Source: a virus
Taxonomy: Duplodnaviria > Caudoviricetes
Virus record (IMG/VR): IMGVR_UViG_3300031784_000003
Strand: one strand, 5' to 3'
DNA: 64,000 nucleotides
Shown here: positions 16,496-25,431 of the stretch, piece after piece
Layout: each line of letters begins with the position of its first letter
How positions within the stretch are numbered: the stretch's first letter is position 1
The notes under the pieces: model-generated
Told to the model about the DNA's origin: nothing
The model's database searches: none
The model's input: only the letters and a program-made list of their open reading frames with translations
Program-made: the position numbers and the translations under genes

Positions 16496-16735
16496 ATGAA
16501 AAAAATTATTATAACTGAAAACCAATTAAAAAAAATAATTAACGAATCATTTTATAACCCAAATAAGTTATATAGTAAACAATTTGTTGAAAATGTAACT
16601 ATGAAGGCACCTAGAGACATTAAAAATATAGTTAAAAGTTTAGAAGTTGTAGGATGTGTGGACGGAGCAGGTAATTTAAGTCAATGTGTTAAAATACCAG
16701 AAGTTCTATTTATTTATATTAGTGGTAGGTATTAA
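16496..16735 (+). CDS. leader-bearing hypothetical, 79 aa
   Basis: Start moved to MKKIIITENQLKKIINES. Confidence 0.8.
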   Translation: MKKIIITENQLKKIINESFYNPNKLYSKQFVENVTMKAPRDIKNIVKSLEVVGCVDGAGNLSQCVKIPEVLFIYISGRY

Positions 16736-16736
16736 G

Positions 16737-16931
16737 TTATTTACCACATAACCCTTTTTTATTACCAACACACTGAAATTCAGGAAAACTGTCCCATAAT
16801 TTAACCGATTTATTTTTAATTATCATATGGCAGTTGTGGGGTTTATCCCATTTTTTTGAGTGATTAACAATTTTATCGTTATTATTATTTCTAACCACCC
16901 AAGGGCATTCTCTACATTCTTTATTTTTCAT
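16737..16931 (-). CDS. small Cys/His protein
   Basis: MKNKECRECPW...HNCHM...QCVG; possible metal binding. Confidence 0.6.
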   Translation of the reverse strand: MKNKECRECPWVVRNNNNDKIVNHSKKWDKPHNCHMIIKNKSVKLWDSFPEFQCVGNKKGLCGK

Positions 16932-17027
16932 AAATTTAATTAATATTTTAACATACAAATATGATAAAAATTACCGATTAAAAAAAATTTTTCTATTTAA
17001 TAATATATTTATAATAAAAAATGAGTT

Positions 17028-17429
17028 ATGAAAATCAAAAAAAATGGTAATATTATAGAACTTTCCGATTCAGAATTAAAAAGAATTGTGGAAAATAGTG
17101 GTAATGTAGATGAGGGGATAAAATCTACATTTAAAGGTATCGGTGGTATGTTTAAAGGGACAGGATATAGTTATACTAAATATGCTTACGAATTAACTGC
17201 ATCTTTGAAGGACATTAATGAAGAATTAGAAGAAACTATAATACAGTTAGAAAAAATATTAGATAAATCGAATAGATCTAGTATGACAAACCAATCATAT
17301 GAAAGATTATCCAAACACATTGCGGAGGCATTAGAAGGATACCAAATGGTTATAGAAACTAACGAAATTATAATTGAGGATTTGGATAACTCTGTTACAT
17401 CAGAAAGAGATACTGAAAGACCTAGATAA
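17028..17429 (+). CDS. leader-bearing coiled-coil hypothetical
   Basis: IELSDSELKRIVENS; TATTTATA at 17006-17013. Confidence 0.75.
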   Translation: MKIKKNGNIIELSDSELKRIVENSGNVDEGIKSTFKGIGGMFKGTGYSYTKYAYELTASLKDINEELEETIIQLEKILDKSNRSSMTNQSYERLSKHIAEALEGYQMVIETNEIIIEDLDNSVTSERDTERPR

Positions 17430-17702
17430 TTAATCGATTATTTCATAATAAAAATATAAATCATTACCGTCAACACCTACATAAAGTTGGCGGTATTTTT
17501 TTTTAGATAATTCTTCTTTTCTAGAAAGATCCCCTTCTTTAAATCTAATAATTTTATTAGTAACTCCTTTAATTTTATCCCATTTTATTCTAGTGTCATT
17601 AGACACATTGGTAATAATAGACTTTTTTCCCTCTACAGTATTTTCTCTTTTTTTAATTGTATCGGTTTTAATAGTATCGGTTTTAACTTTTTTTCTTTCC
17701 AT
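17430..17702 (-). CDS. hypothetical basic protein
   Basis: ORF behind TATATTTG on the minus strand (17707-17714). Confidence 0.65.
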   Translation of the reverse strand: MERKKVKTDTIKTDTIKKRENTVEGKKSIITNVSNDTRIKWDKIKGVTNKIIRFKEGDLSRKEELSKKKYRQLYVGVDGNDLYFYYEIID

Positions 17703-17761
17703 CACACAAATATATATAATATTTATTATAATTTAAGTATATTTATAATTAAAATCAATAA

Positions 17762-18334
17762 ATGACGGTAATTAAAAAAATATTAAAGGAATTTGCCCAA
17801 CAAAATATTGTAGATAGAATTTATGATATGATTAAAGATGAGTTTTCTTTAAAAGATGGGAAAGTGACTACAAGTTTAATAGATTTAGAGGGGAATCCTA
17901 TAGTGCCTGATTCAAGAAGTGGGTTAAATATTCAGTTAAAAAAAAATAGTATATTTGCAGAAAGAGTTATAGATTTTATATCACATTCTTTTGGGGTATC
18001 TAATAGTGATGGTGAAAAAGTATATAATTTAATATCGTTCAATCTAAAAAAAGATAATTTTGTAGATAATTTACCACATATTTTATTTGAGGATTTTTTT
18101 GAACATAGTAATAATGTTTTTACTATCGATATGAGTTTATATGACGATAGAATTCAAAAGAGATTAGATGTTAGGAAGATAGATGATTTTTTAGAGTTAG
18201 TAACTTGGAATGGTTTATATGATTATGATGCTCACGATAATATTAGGTTAAATTTTGAGGATTATTTAACTGATGAGGATTATTTATATATACAAGAAGA
18301 ATTATTAGATTTAATAGAGTATAATAAGTTATGA
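17762..18334 (+). CDS. leader-bearing hypothetical
   Basis: MTVIKKILKEF; TATTTATA at 17740-17747. Confidence 0.75.
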   Translation: MTVIKKILKEFAQQNIVDRIYDMIKDEFSLKDGKVTTSLIDLEGNPIVPDSRSGLNIQLKKNSIFAERVIDFISHSFGVSNSDGEKVYNLISFNLKKDNFVDNLPHILFEDFFEHSNNVFTIDMSLYDDRIQKRLDVRKIDDFLELVTWNGLYDYDAHDNIRLNFEDYLTDEDYLYIQEELLDLIEYNKL

Positions 18335-19275
18335 TAAAAAGTGTGATTAAAAAAATATTGTTGGAGTTTCAAGGAGACTCAAATGAAGATGAAGATGATG
18401 TAGATGCATATGGGGATTTATTTCCTGAAAATACATATCAAAAGTTATTTAAAATAATTGATTCTGATCCAGAAAAATTTATGTCAACAACATTAAAAGA
18501 TTTATCTTTAGGGTCAATAGATAAAGAATTTAATATTATATATAAATATTTAACTGAGTATAAAGAAAGAACCCCTTATTATATACCTGTAGTATTTAGT
18601 GCGAGAGAAATTTCAGAATTTTTTAGGGATGGGGATTATGGTATGCAAACAATAGTTAAAGATTTATTAGTTGGGGATTATGATTATGGTATAGATTACG
18701 AATGTTTTGATGTAGATGATTGGTTGATAGACAGAATAGATAGTGAAAATATGAATAAACTGAAAAAACTTTATTTAACGGACTTGGATACGGAAGAAAG
18801 TGAAGAAGATTTTAAAGAGTTTATTGAAAGTGAATTTGATAGTGATATTGGTTGTGCTGCAGGAGACGCACAACATAGTGCAGATATTGATTATTTACAT
18901 TCTGAAATAAAAGACGAGATAAACGATTATTTGAGTAGGTTTAACGGTAAATTAACAAATAAAATAGGGAATGATGATAGAATAAATAGTGAGTTAGAAT
19001 ATGTTGGTGAGATAGAATTTGGAGAATTGTCAGATAACCCTTATTTCTTTGAGGTTACATATGAGGAACTTGAATCATCTTATCCTAATATTATTGATAT
19101 TTTTTGGAAAATTATTGAGTTAGAACGTGATTATGGTGGGAGGGGTGATGAATTTTTACCTGAAGAACAAATAAGAATAAATGAAGATAAACATTTTAGA
19201 TACGGTGGTGCTGGAGATATTGATTGGGGGTACTTCAACGAAATTCTAAGTGATAAGTTATCTATGTATAACTAA
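18331..19275 (+). CDS. leader-bearing highly acidic protein
   Basis: MIKSVIKKILLEF; D/E-rich; loosely similar to 40018..41034. Confidence 0.75.
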   Translation: MIKSVIKKILLEFQGDSNEDEDDVDAYGDLFPENTYQKLFKIIDSDPEKFMSTTLKDLSLGSIDKEFNIIYKYLTEYKERTPYYIPVVFSAREISEFFRDGDYGMQTIVKDLLVGDYDYGIDYECFDVDDWLIDRIDSENMNKLKKLYLTDLDTEESEEDFKEFIESEFDSDIGCAAGDAQHSADIDYLHSEIKDEINDYLSRFNGKLTNKIGNDDRINSELEYVGEIEFGELSDNPYFFEVTYEELESSYPNIIDIFWKIIELERDYGGRGDEFLPEEQIRINEDKHFRYGGAGDIDWGYFNEILSDKLSMYN

Positions 19276-19287
19276 TATTAAAAAAAT

Positions 19288-19929
19288 ATGAGAACAAAAG
19301 ATAAAGTAATTAACATTAAAAAAGTAAACCTATTAATGGAAATGAGAGATAGGTTATTAAATGAGTCACCACCTTGGCATTCCGAAATGGAGGGACCAGT
19401 AATTGCTTCTAAAGCTCAACATGGTTATTTAGAGGGAGATTCTCCAGAATTAGTCGGTAAAGAGGTATGGTTTCATACTAATAGACACAATATAAAATAT
19501 AATAAAAATGGTGCTTTTGGAGTATATGGTAGAAATAGACGTGGTAGAAAAAATCAAAAGGATGGTATTATAGGTTATACTAATGATATATTATTAGGTG
19601 GTAAGATTAATTTTGATATTAGTCCTGGTTATCATGAAATTATGAGAACTACAAAAGATGCGGGCGAAATGTCTAAGAGAGAACAGGTAGTTGGTGTGGG
19701 TGGTGTTGTACAAGAGTTACCTGAAGATCCAATAACATTAAAAGGTATATCAGAAGAAATTAAATATAACCCATTTATTTCTGATTATTTTTTCACTGCT
19801 GATGGACAAAATAAAGTATTAGGTGCGGAATTTGTTTATGCAGAATATCGTCCAGATGGTAGTTATTCACTACACGCAATAAACCCTATTTTAGAACCAT
19901 TTAAAATGGGTGAATATAACCCAATATAA
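19288..19929 (+). CDS. leader-bearing hypothetical phage protein
   Basis: ...RDRLLNES; VWFHTN...KYNPF pattern. Confidence 0.7.
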   Translation: MRTKDKVINIKKVNLLMEMRDRLLNESPPWHSEMEGPVIASKAQHGYLEGDSPELVGKEVWFHTNRHNIKYNKNGAFGVYGRNRRGRKNQKDGIIGYTNDILLGGKINFDISPGYHEIMRTTKDAGEMSKREQVVGVGGVVQELPEDPITLKGISEEIKYNPFISDYFFTADGQNKVLGAEFVYAEYRPDGSYSLHAINPILEPFKMGEYNPI

Positions 19930-19930
19930 T

Positions 19931-20395
19931 ATGAAAAGAAAATCGTATATTGATAAAGTATTAAATTTTTTAAATAATGACTATAATAGAGAGACTTACC
20001 CTAAGTCTAATTTTGATCTTTTTGATGGTATAGAAAAATTTGTGAGATTTCTGATTAAGAATGACATAATATCAAATTATGGTATAGAGGAAGGTAGTGA
20101 AGAGTACGTATATTTAATAGAATCTTGGATTAGAAAAAATTATGGTAATGGTGATGAAGCATTATTTGGCGATACTGTAGTACTTAAAGAAATGCCAGAT
20201 GATCCAAACCCTATAGAAACAGGGACTAAAGGTAAAATTATCGATATAAATACAGTTCTTACTTTTGGTGAAGATCATTTAATTGTTCATTGGGAAAACG
20301 GAAGAAAGATAAACTTATTAAGGGGATTTGATAAATACGATGTCATCCAAAATATAGGTAATAAATTTTTAAATTTAACAATTAAAGGTTATTAA
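19931..20395 (+). CDS. protein with C-terminal DUF4314-like domain
   Basis: VVLKEMPDDPNPIETGTKGKI...IVHWENGRKINLL; N-terminus YIDKVLNFL echoes the module. Confidence 0.6.
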   Translation: MKRKSYIDKVLNFLNNDYNRETYPKSNFDLFDGIEKFVRFLIKNDIISNYGIEEGSEEYVYLIESWIRKNYGNGDEALFGDTVVLKEMPDDPNPIETGTKGKIIDINTVLTFGEDHLIVHWENGRKINLLRGFDKYDVIQNIGNKFLNLTIKGY

Positions 20396-20396
20396 C

Positions 20397-21392
20397 ATGA
20401 AAAGACTGATACAATATATATTAAAAGAAGAAGTGAGAAACCAAAATGTAAAAAAGTTTTTAGACTATGTAGTTAATAATTTTTTAGATAGTTTAGTTTT
20501 AAAAACTGACCTTAGTGAAAGATCTTTTGAATCTATTAGTGAAATGTTAGATTTAGGTATATTAAATGATGAATATGATCAATTAATAAATAATCCTGAA
20601 CTGTTCGGGGCATACGGATGGGTTCATGTATATGATGAGGAAGAAGATGAAGATTATTTTTATCATAGAGAAAATGGAGATGATCCAGAAAATTATATTA
20701 GTGTAGGTGAGTGGCATTTAGAAGTAGGGTACGATTGGTTAGATGATATGGTTAACACAGGTGATTTAGGATGGGATGAAGAAAGAGAAGTTTGGTTTTT
20801 AACTCATCCAGACATATTAGTTAAAACCGAAGATAATAGATTTTCTTTCCCTTTATGGTGGAATCCGTTTAATAGAAAATACGATGCACCTTACATAAAC
20901 AACCCTAATAATAGAACTTACTTAATGAGATTTATACAAAGTTACGGTGTTGATGGTAGTAATAATATGTATGATATTATGGACATTATTTGGGAATCTA
21001 TTCCAGATAAAGTAGATAGTTTACTTAGGGAGAAAAATTTGATAAGTGAAGGTATAATTGACAATTTTATTGATTTTGGTAAAAACTATTTATCATTACC
21101 AGATAACTTTAAAATAGTATTAACTGACAACGGTAGTGATATAGATACATTAGGTAATTATAATATCGAAGATAAGACAATAAAAATTTTAACTAAAAAT
21201 AGGGCGGTTCCTGATATAATTAGATCAATTGCGCATGAAATGGTACATCATCAACAAAATGATAGAGGGGATTTAAAAGGTAGTCCAGAAGAGGGAGAAA
21301 CAGGATCTCCTTGGGAAGATGAGGCGAACGCAAAGGCAGGGAAATTAGTTAGAGATTTTGGTGAAGAAAATCCTGAGATTTATGATCTATAA
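20397..21392 (+). CDS. leader-bearing two-domain protein with C-terminal HExxH metallopeptidase-like domain
   Basis: MKRLIQYILKEE; internal LISEG; SIAHEMVHHQQ...WEDEANA. Confidence 0.7.
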   Translation: MKRLIQYILKEEVRNQNVKKFLDYVVNNFLDSLVLKTDLSERSFESISEMLDLGILNDEYDQLINNPELFGAYGWVHVYDEEEDEDYFYHRENGDDPENYISVGEWHLEVGYDWLDDMVNTGDLGWDEEREVWFLTHPDILVKTEDNRFSFPLWWNPFNRKYDAPYINNPNNRTYLMRFIQSYGVDGSNNMYDIMDIIWESIPDKVDSLLREKNLISEGIIDNFIDFGKNYLSLPDNFKIVLTDNGSDIDTLGNYNIEDKTIKILTKNRAVPDIIRSIAHEMVHHQQNDRGDLKGSPEEGETGSPWEDEANAKAGKLVRDFGEENPEIYDL

Positions 21393-21781
21393 ATTTTATT
21401 ACCTATAGTAATATTATTTGATTGACAAAACCCATCATTTACTTCTAAATTACCGTTAGAGACAGTAGACGGAGTAATAATTGTTTCATCGTTAGGTAAT
21501 GCCCTTACAATGTCTACAATTACATCATCATCAATGAATATCATCTCAATAGGGAATTTAACATTTTTCATCCAAAACCCACTACCAATATAATCATAAA
21601 AAACACCACAGTTTTTACATAAACTATCCCTATACATTAAACCTGTTGATTTTTCTTCATCGGTTTTAGGTATCTCACAATTAACTGTAATGATATCACC
21701 CAATTTATTTTCTATTTTAATAGTTTTTCTATTTGGGAAAGGTACTTGAACGTCCTCTAATATTAAATCTAATAATTTCAT
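21380..21781 (-). CDS. DUF192 family protein with leader
   Basis: EEKSTGLMYR...FWMKNVKFPIEMIFID...LEVNDG; MKLLDLILED; TATTTATT at 21785-21792 (minus). Confidence 0.85.
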   Translation of the reverse strand: MKLLDLILEDVQVPFPNRKTIKIENKLGDIITVNCEIPKTDEEKSTGLMYRDSLCKNCGVFYDYIGSGFWMKNVKFPIEMIFIDDDVIVDIVRALPNDETIITPSTVSNGNLEVNDGFCQSNNITIGNKIYRS

Positions 21782-21843
21782 ACTAATAAATATTTGACAT
21801 TTAATTAAATTATTTCTATCATTAGTAATAAAAAAATAAAATT

Positions 21844-22020
21844 ATGCCAAAAAGTAAACACAGAAAAAACCAAAAAGAAAAATCTAGGGCTAGAACTAGA
21901 AGAATTAAATCTGAACAAAATTACGCACAAAAGAAATTTAACGAGTATTTTGCTCAGGAAATTGATAAATTGAAGAATAGAGATTTGGAAATTGTTGAAA
22001 CAGAAAAAACCGATGCATAG
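21844..22020 (+). CDS. small basic protein (MPKSK...), 58 aa
   Basis: MPKSKHRKNQKEKSRARTRRIK... Confidence 0.65.
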   Translation: MPKSKHRKNQKEKSRARTRRIKSEQNYAQKKFNEYFAQEIDKLKNRDLEIVETEKTDA

Positions 22021-22029
22021 TCATCGGTT

Positions 22030-22524
22030 TTAATTTTTAGGGTATAAATAAACTTTTCCGTGTTCAGTGAAATACGAAATTTTTTCTTTTTTATCGTATA
22101 TCACTTCTTTAAATTCACCATTAGATAAGTTAACTGAGATAAGAACTTTTTCTTTCTTAGAATTGATTTTAACACGTACCTCATCCCTTTTTCTTTTGAT
22201 TCTTTTAATGTCATAAAAATGTTTACTACCATAAACATCATAAACTGAAACTGTCTTCTCTTCGAGATTAAAGAAGTAGTATAATTTTTCGTGATTATTA
22301 CTAATGTCCTCTCTCCAAAAAACTTTCATTTTTCTAAAATCTACTTTATATGGGCAAGTATCTGTATCAGAATTTCTGAAAGATATTGCAAACCCTTCTT
22401 TTTTGGCTTCGGAAATATCAATTTTTTTATCCTTTAATTGCCAATCCATTTTACGATAGTTATTTTGAGCATTTAATGAAGAATAAACTAACCCAACAAT
22501 AATTAAAACAAAAATATTTTTCAT
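22030..22524 (-). CDS. secreted protein with Sec signal peptide
   Basis: MKNIFVLIIVGLVYSSLNA|QNN; TATATTTG at 22545-22552 (minus). Confidence 0.75.
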   Translation of the reverse strand: MKNIFVLIIVGLVYSSLNAQNNYRKMDWQLKDKKIDISEAKKEGFAISFRNSDTDTCPYKVDFRKMKVFWREDISNNHEKLYYFFNLEEKTVSVYDVYGSKHFYDIKRIKRKRDEVRVKINSKKEKVLISVNLSNGEFKEVIYDKKEKISYFTEHGKVYLYPKN

Positions 22525-22614
22525 AACCATTTAATTTATTAATACAAATATAAATAAAAAAATTTATTATTTGACTTTTTTAATAAAAAAATATATTTAT
22601 TTATAAAAAATATT

Positions 22615-23124
22615 ATGAAAATAATAATTAGAGAAAGTCAATTAAAAAGACTAATGAATGAAATAGGTGGATATGATACCACTGATTTAATGGCACATCA
22701 TGGTGGAGACATTCAATCAACATTGTTAGCATTGTTTAATCAAACGGCATCATATATATCGGATCTATTAGTAGGTATTAAAAGTGGTGAGATGGATAAA
22801 GAAAATTACTTAGCATTCGCCCATAATATGTCAAAAAAAATAGGTAATGATTTAAGTATAATGGACTCATATATTGGAGAAATTTACATTGATGATGATT
22901 TTAAAAAACATGTGATAAAATATAGAAACGCTTTACAAAAGTTTCTAAATACATTAAGATTATTATACGATGAAGGTTCAGGTTTAGGTATAGAGATGTC
23001 TAAAAATGAAATCTACAGTATACTGATGAATGAGGTTGATAAACTTAGCTCTGTTATGGAGCCGTTAGCAGCATTATTCTATCAAGTTCATGGTAGATTT
23101 AGAAAAAGATTGGGTCTGGACTAA
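22615..23124 (+). CDS. leader-bearing helical hypothetical
   Basis: MKIIIRESQLKRLMNEI; TATTTATT at 22594-22601. Confidence 0.8.
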   Translation: MKIIIRESQLKRLMNEIGGYDTTDLMAHHGGDIQSTLLALFNQTASYISDLLVGIKSGEMDKENYLAFAHNMSKKIGNDLSIMDSYIGEIYIDDDFKKHVIKYRNALQKFLNTLRLLYDEGSGLGIEMSKNEIYSILMNEVDKLSSVMEPLAALFYQVHGRFRKRLGLD

Positions 23125-23153
23125 TAATAATAAAGTTTTAAAAAAATAAAAAA

Positions 23154-23348
23154 ATGAATAACGAACAAAAAGCACAAATGTACCATTCTCTGTTATTGGC
23201 ACACGATAAAGTAGATGGGCAAATAGCGGATATTAAATCAGAGGCTGCTGGAATGGAATTGAATAAGGAACAAAAAGATAAATTATCGTTATTAGAAATG
23301 CAAAAATCGGATTTAGTCGAAAAGGCAAAAAAACTTTTTAATGTATAA
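23154..23348 (+). CDS. small coiled-coil protein
   Basis: Heptad-like helix, in operon. Confidence 0.7.
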   Translation: MNNEQKAQMYHSLLLAHDKVDGQIADIKSEAAGMELNKEQKDKLSLLEMQKSDLVEKAKKLFNV

Positions 23349-24126
23349 GACAAAAAAGAATATTAAATTAATACTTAAAGAAGAAGAAAAAAGATTTCTT
23401 CACGATAGAGGTGCTAATGCAATTTTAAAACTAAGATATGGGATTATCTATGACTATGTTTTAGATCAGTACGGGTCAGAGTGGATGGAAAAAAATAAAT
23501 GGCCTGGAAGTTTTGATTATTATATTAATAAAATAAAAAATGATTTTTCTGATCAAGAAAGTACAATAGAACTGGCTAGAATTTGTAACCCACAAGATAA
23601 CCCATTAGTAGAAGGTATAGGTGTGGAATATTGTCTTAGAATTGTTTCTAATTATATATTAAATTATGGGGTAGAAGATAAAGTCCATTATGATGTAATT
23701 CAGGTGGACTCTTTTGGTCAATTCTTAGAAGATAATTTTTTTAATTGTGGAGATCAATTTTTTGAGTTCGTTTGGGATAATGTTCTTAGTGATAAACGAA
23801 ATCGATGGGGAGAATCTATGAAGGAAAAAATGTGGGAAGAAATTTTACCTGAAGTAGAAGAAAAAATGGAAGAAGAGGATGAAGATGAAGATGATATTGT
23901 CGGATTTGAGTCTTTAGATAACGAAAAAATGTATTTTTTAAGTTATTGGCATTATCCATTACAAAGTTTGGGGTGGACAAATCAAACTTTATGTGACTGG
24001 TATGTAGATACTATAGGTAAATTTACTTTATACGATATTTTAACTAAGGAAAAACTGTCAGATTTCGCAAAAATTATTGCAACAGGAGACTCTTACTACA
24101 TATTCAAAAAAAAATTATTTTATTAA
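23341..24126 (+). CDS. leader-bearing acidic hypothetical
   Basis: NIKLILKEEE; overlaps the upstream stop. Confidence 0.75.
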   Translation: MYKTKKNIKLILKEEEKRFLHDRGANAILKLRYGIIYDYVLDQYGSEWMEKNKWPGSFDYYINKIKNDFSDQESTIELARICNPQDNPLVEGIGVEYCLRIVSNYILNYGVEDKVHYDVIQVDSFGQFLEDNFFNCGDQFFEFVWDNVLSDKRNRWGESMKEKMWEEILPEVEEKMEEEDEDEDDIVGFESLDNEKMYFLSYWHYPLQSLGWTNQTLCDWYVDTIGKFTLYDILTKEKLSDFAKIIATGDSYYIFKKKLFY

Positions 24127-24522
24127 TCTTTTTATTCTACGTAAAGACTTTAAAGAGTCACTAGTTATTGTAGATCCCTTCTTAATATTCTCCTCAAAAT
24201 GAATAAATCGTAGATTTTTGATGTTTCCTATCTTTTCTGGTGCGATTTTTTCCTTAAATCCCATAGAAATTGGGTAAATATGGTCCAAATGGTAGTTTCT
24301 CCATCCTCTTTTATCAAAATTTTCCAAAATATATAGTGGTTGACTCTCAGTTACCTCCCAAACCATCGCATAATACAATTTTTTATTAATATCTGTTATA
24401 TTTTTGATTTTTTGTTTGATTTTAGGGTATTTTTTACAAATTTTTTTAATTTCTTTCTTAATTTCTTCCGAAATAGTGTCTTTTTTTAAAATTTTTTTAC
24501 TATTTTTGACAGGTTTTTTCAT
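24115..24522 (-). CDS. HNH-like endonuclease
   Basis: YHLDHIYPIS...IGNIKNLRFI..EENIKKG. Confidence 0.75.
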   Translation of the reverse strand: MKKPVKNSKKILKKDTISEEIKKEIKKICKKYPKIKQKIKNITDINKKLYYAMVWEVTESQPLYILENFDKRGWRNYHLDHIYPISMGFKEKIAPEKIGNIKNLRFIHFEENIKKGSTITSDSLKSLRRIKRLIK

Positions 24523-24564
24523 AAAAGATAGTTTATTTCTATATTTATTTAATAAATAGTTAAA

Positions 24565-25380
24565 ATGCGTATAATAGTAACCGAATCACAATTTAAAAGA
24601 GTTTTATTGACTGAAACCAAAACAACTGTTGTACCTGATGATAAATTGGGTAGGGCTAAGAGTTTAGTTAATAAATTAATGAGTAGAGGGTTTAATTTAG
24701 AAGAGTCTTCTGCTATGGTAGGTAACATGTGGATAGAATCTGGTTTTGACCCTACCGCTAAAAGTGGTAATGGTGCAATCGGATTAATGCAATGGTTAAC
24801 TGAAACTAGAAAACGAGCTTTATTAAATTTTGCATTACATTTAGGTACCACTTGGACTGATGAAGAAATGCAATTAGATTTTGTAAAAGTAGAATTACAG
24901 GATGGGTATGAATTATCCGATGGTAAGATTATTGGTAGGGGTGGCGACTATGAAGTAGGTCAATTTAACTCCGCTATGGAAGGTGATACCATACGTAAGA
25001 AGGCAGAAAATTTCGCTAAACAGGTAGAAAGATGCGGTGGTTGTGATGGGACAATTAATAATCGTAAAGAATCTGCAAAAAAAATATATGATTATATTAA
25101 GGGAACTTATAAACCGAAAGAAACTAAAAAATCTAAACCATCATCTTTTGTAGTATGCCCTAAACTTGATGGTGATGGGTATGTAAATGTAAGAGAAAAG
25201 GCGGATAGAGATAGTGAAAGAATTGCTAAAATAATTTCACCAGATAAGGTGGGTATAGTTTCCGAAGAAATAACCGATTCAGATGGTAATAAATGGTATA
25301 AAGTTACGTTAGATAAAAAAGTGGGTAACTATACAGTTGGTTGGGTTAGATCTGATGTGGTAGTAAATTGTTCAAAATAA
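24565..25380 (+). CDS. phage tail-type lysozyme plus SH3b cell-wall-binding domain, with leader
   Basis: SAMVGNMWIESGFDP...GAIGLMQW; C-terminal VNVRE...WYKV...GWVRSD; MRIIVTESQFKRVLLTE. Confidence 0.85.
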   Translation: MRIIVTESQFKRVLLTETKTTVVPDDKLGRAKSLVNKLMSRGFNLEESSAMVGNMWIESGFDPTAKSGNGAIGLMQWLTETRKRALLNFALHLGTTWTDEEMQLDFVKVELQDGYELSDGKIIGRGGDYEVGQFNSAMEGDTIRKKAENFAKQVERCGGCDGTINNRKESAKKIYDYIKGTYKPKETKKSKPSSFVVCPKLDGDGYVNVREKADRDSERIAKIISPDKVGIVSEEITDSDGNKWYKVTLDKKVGNYTVGWVRSDVVVNCSK

Positions 25381-25431
25381 TAAATGTAATTTTTTAAAAT
25401 TTTATAATATTTATAAATAAATAATTTTTTT

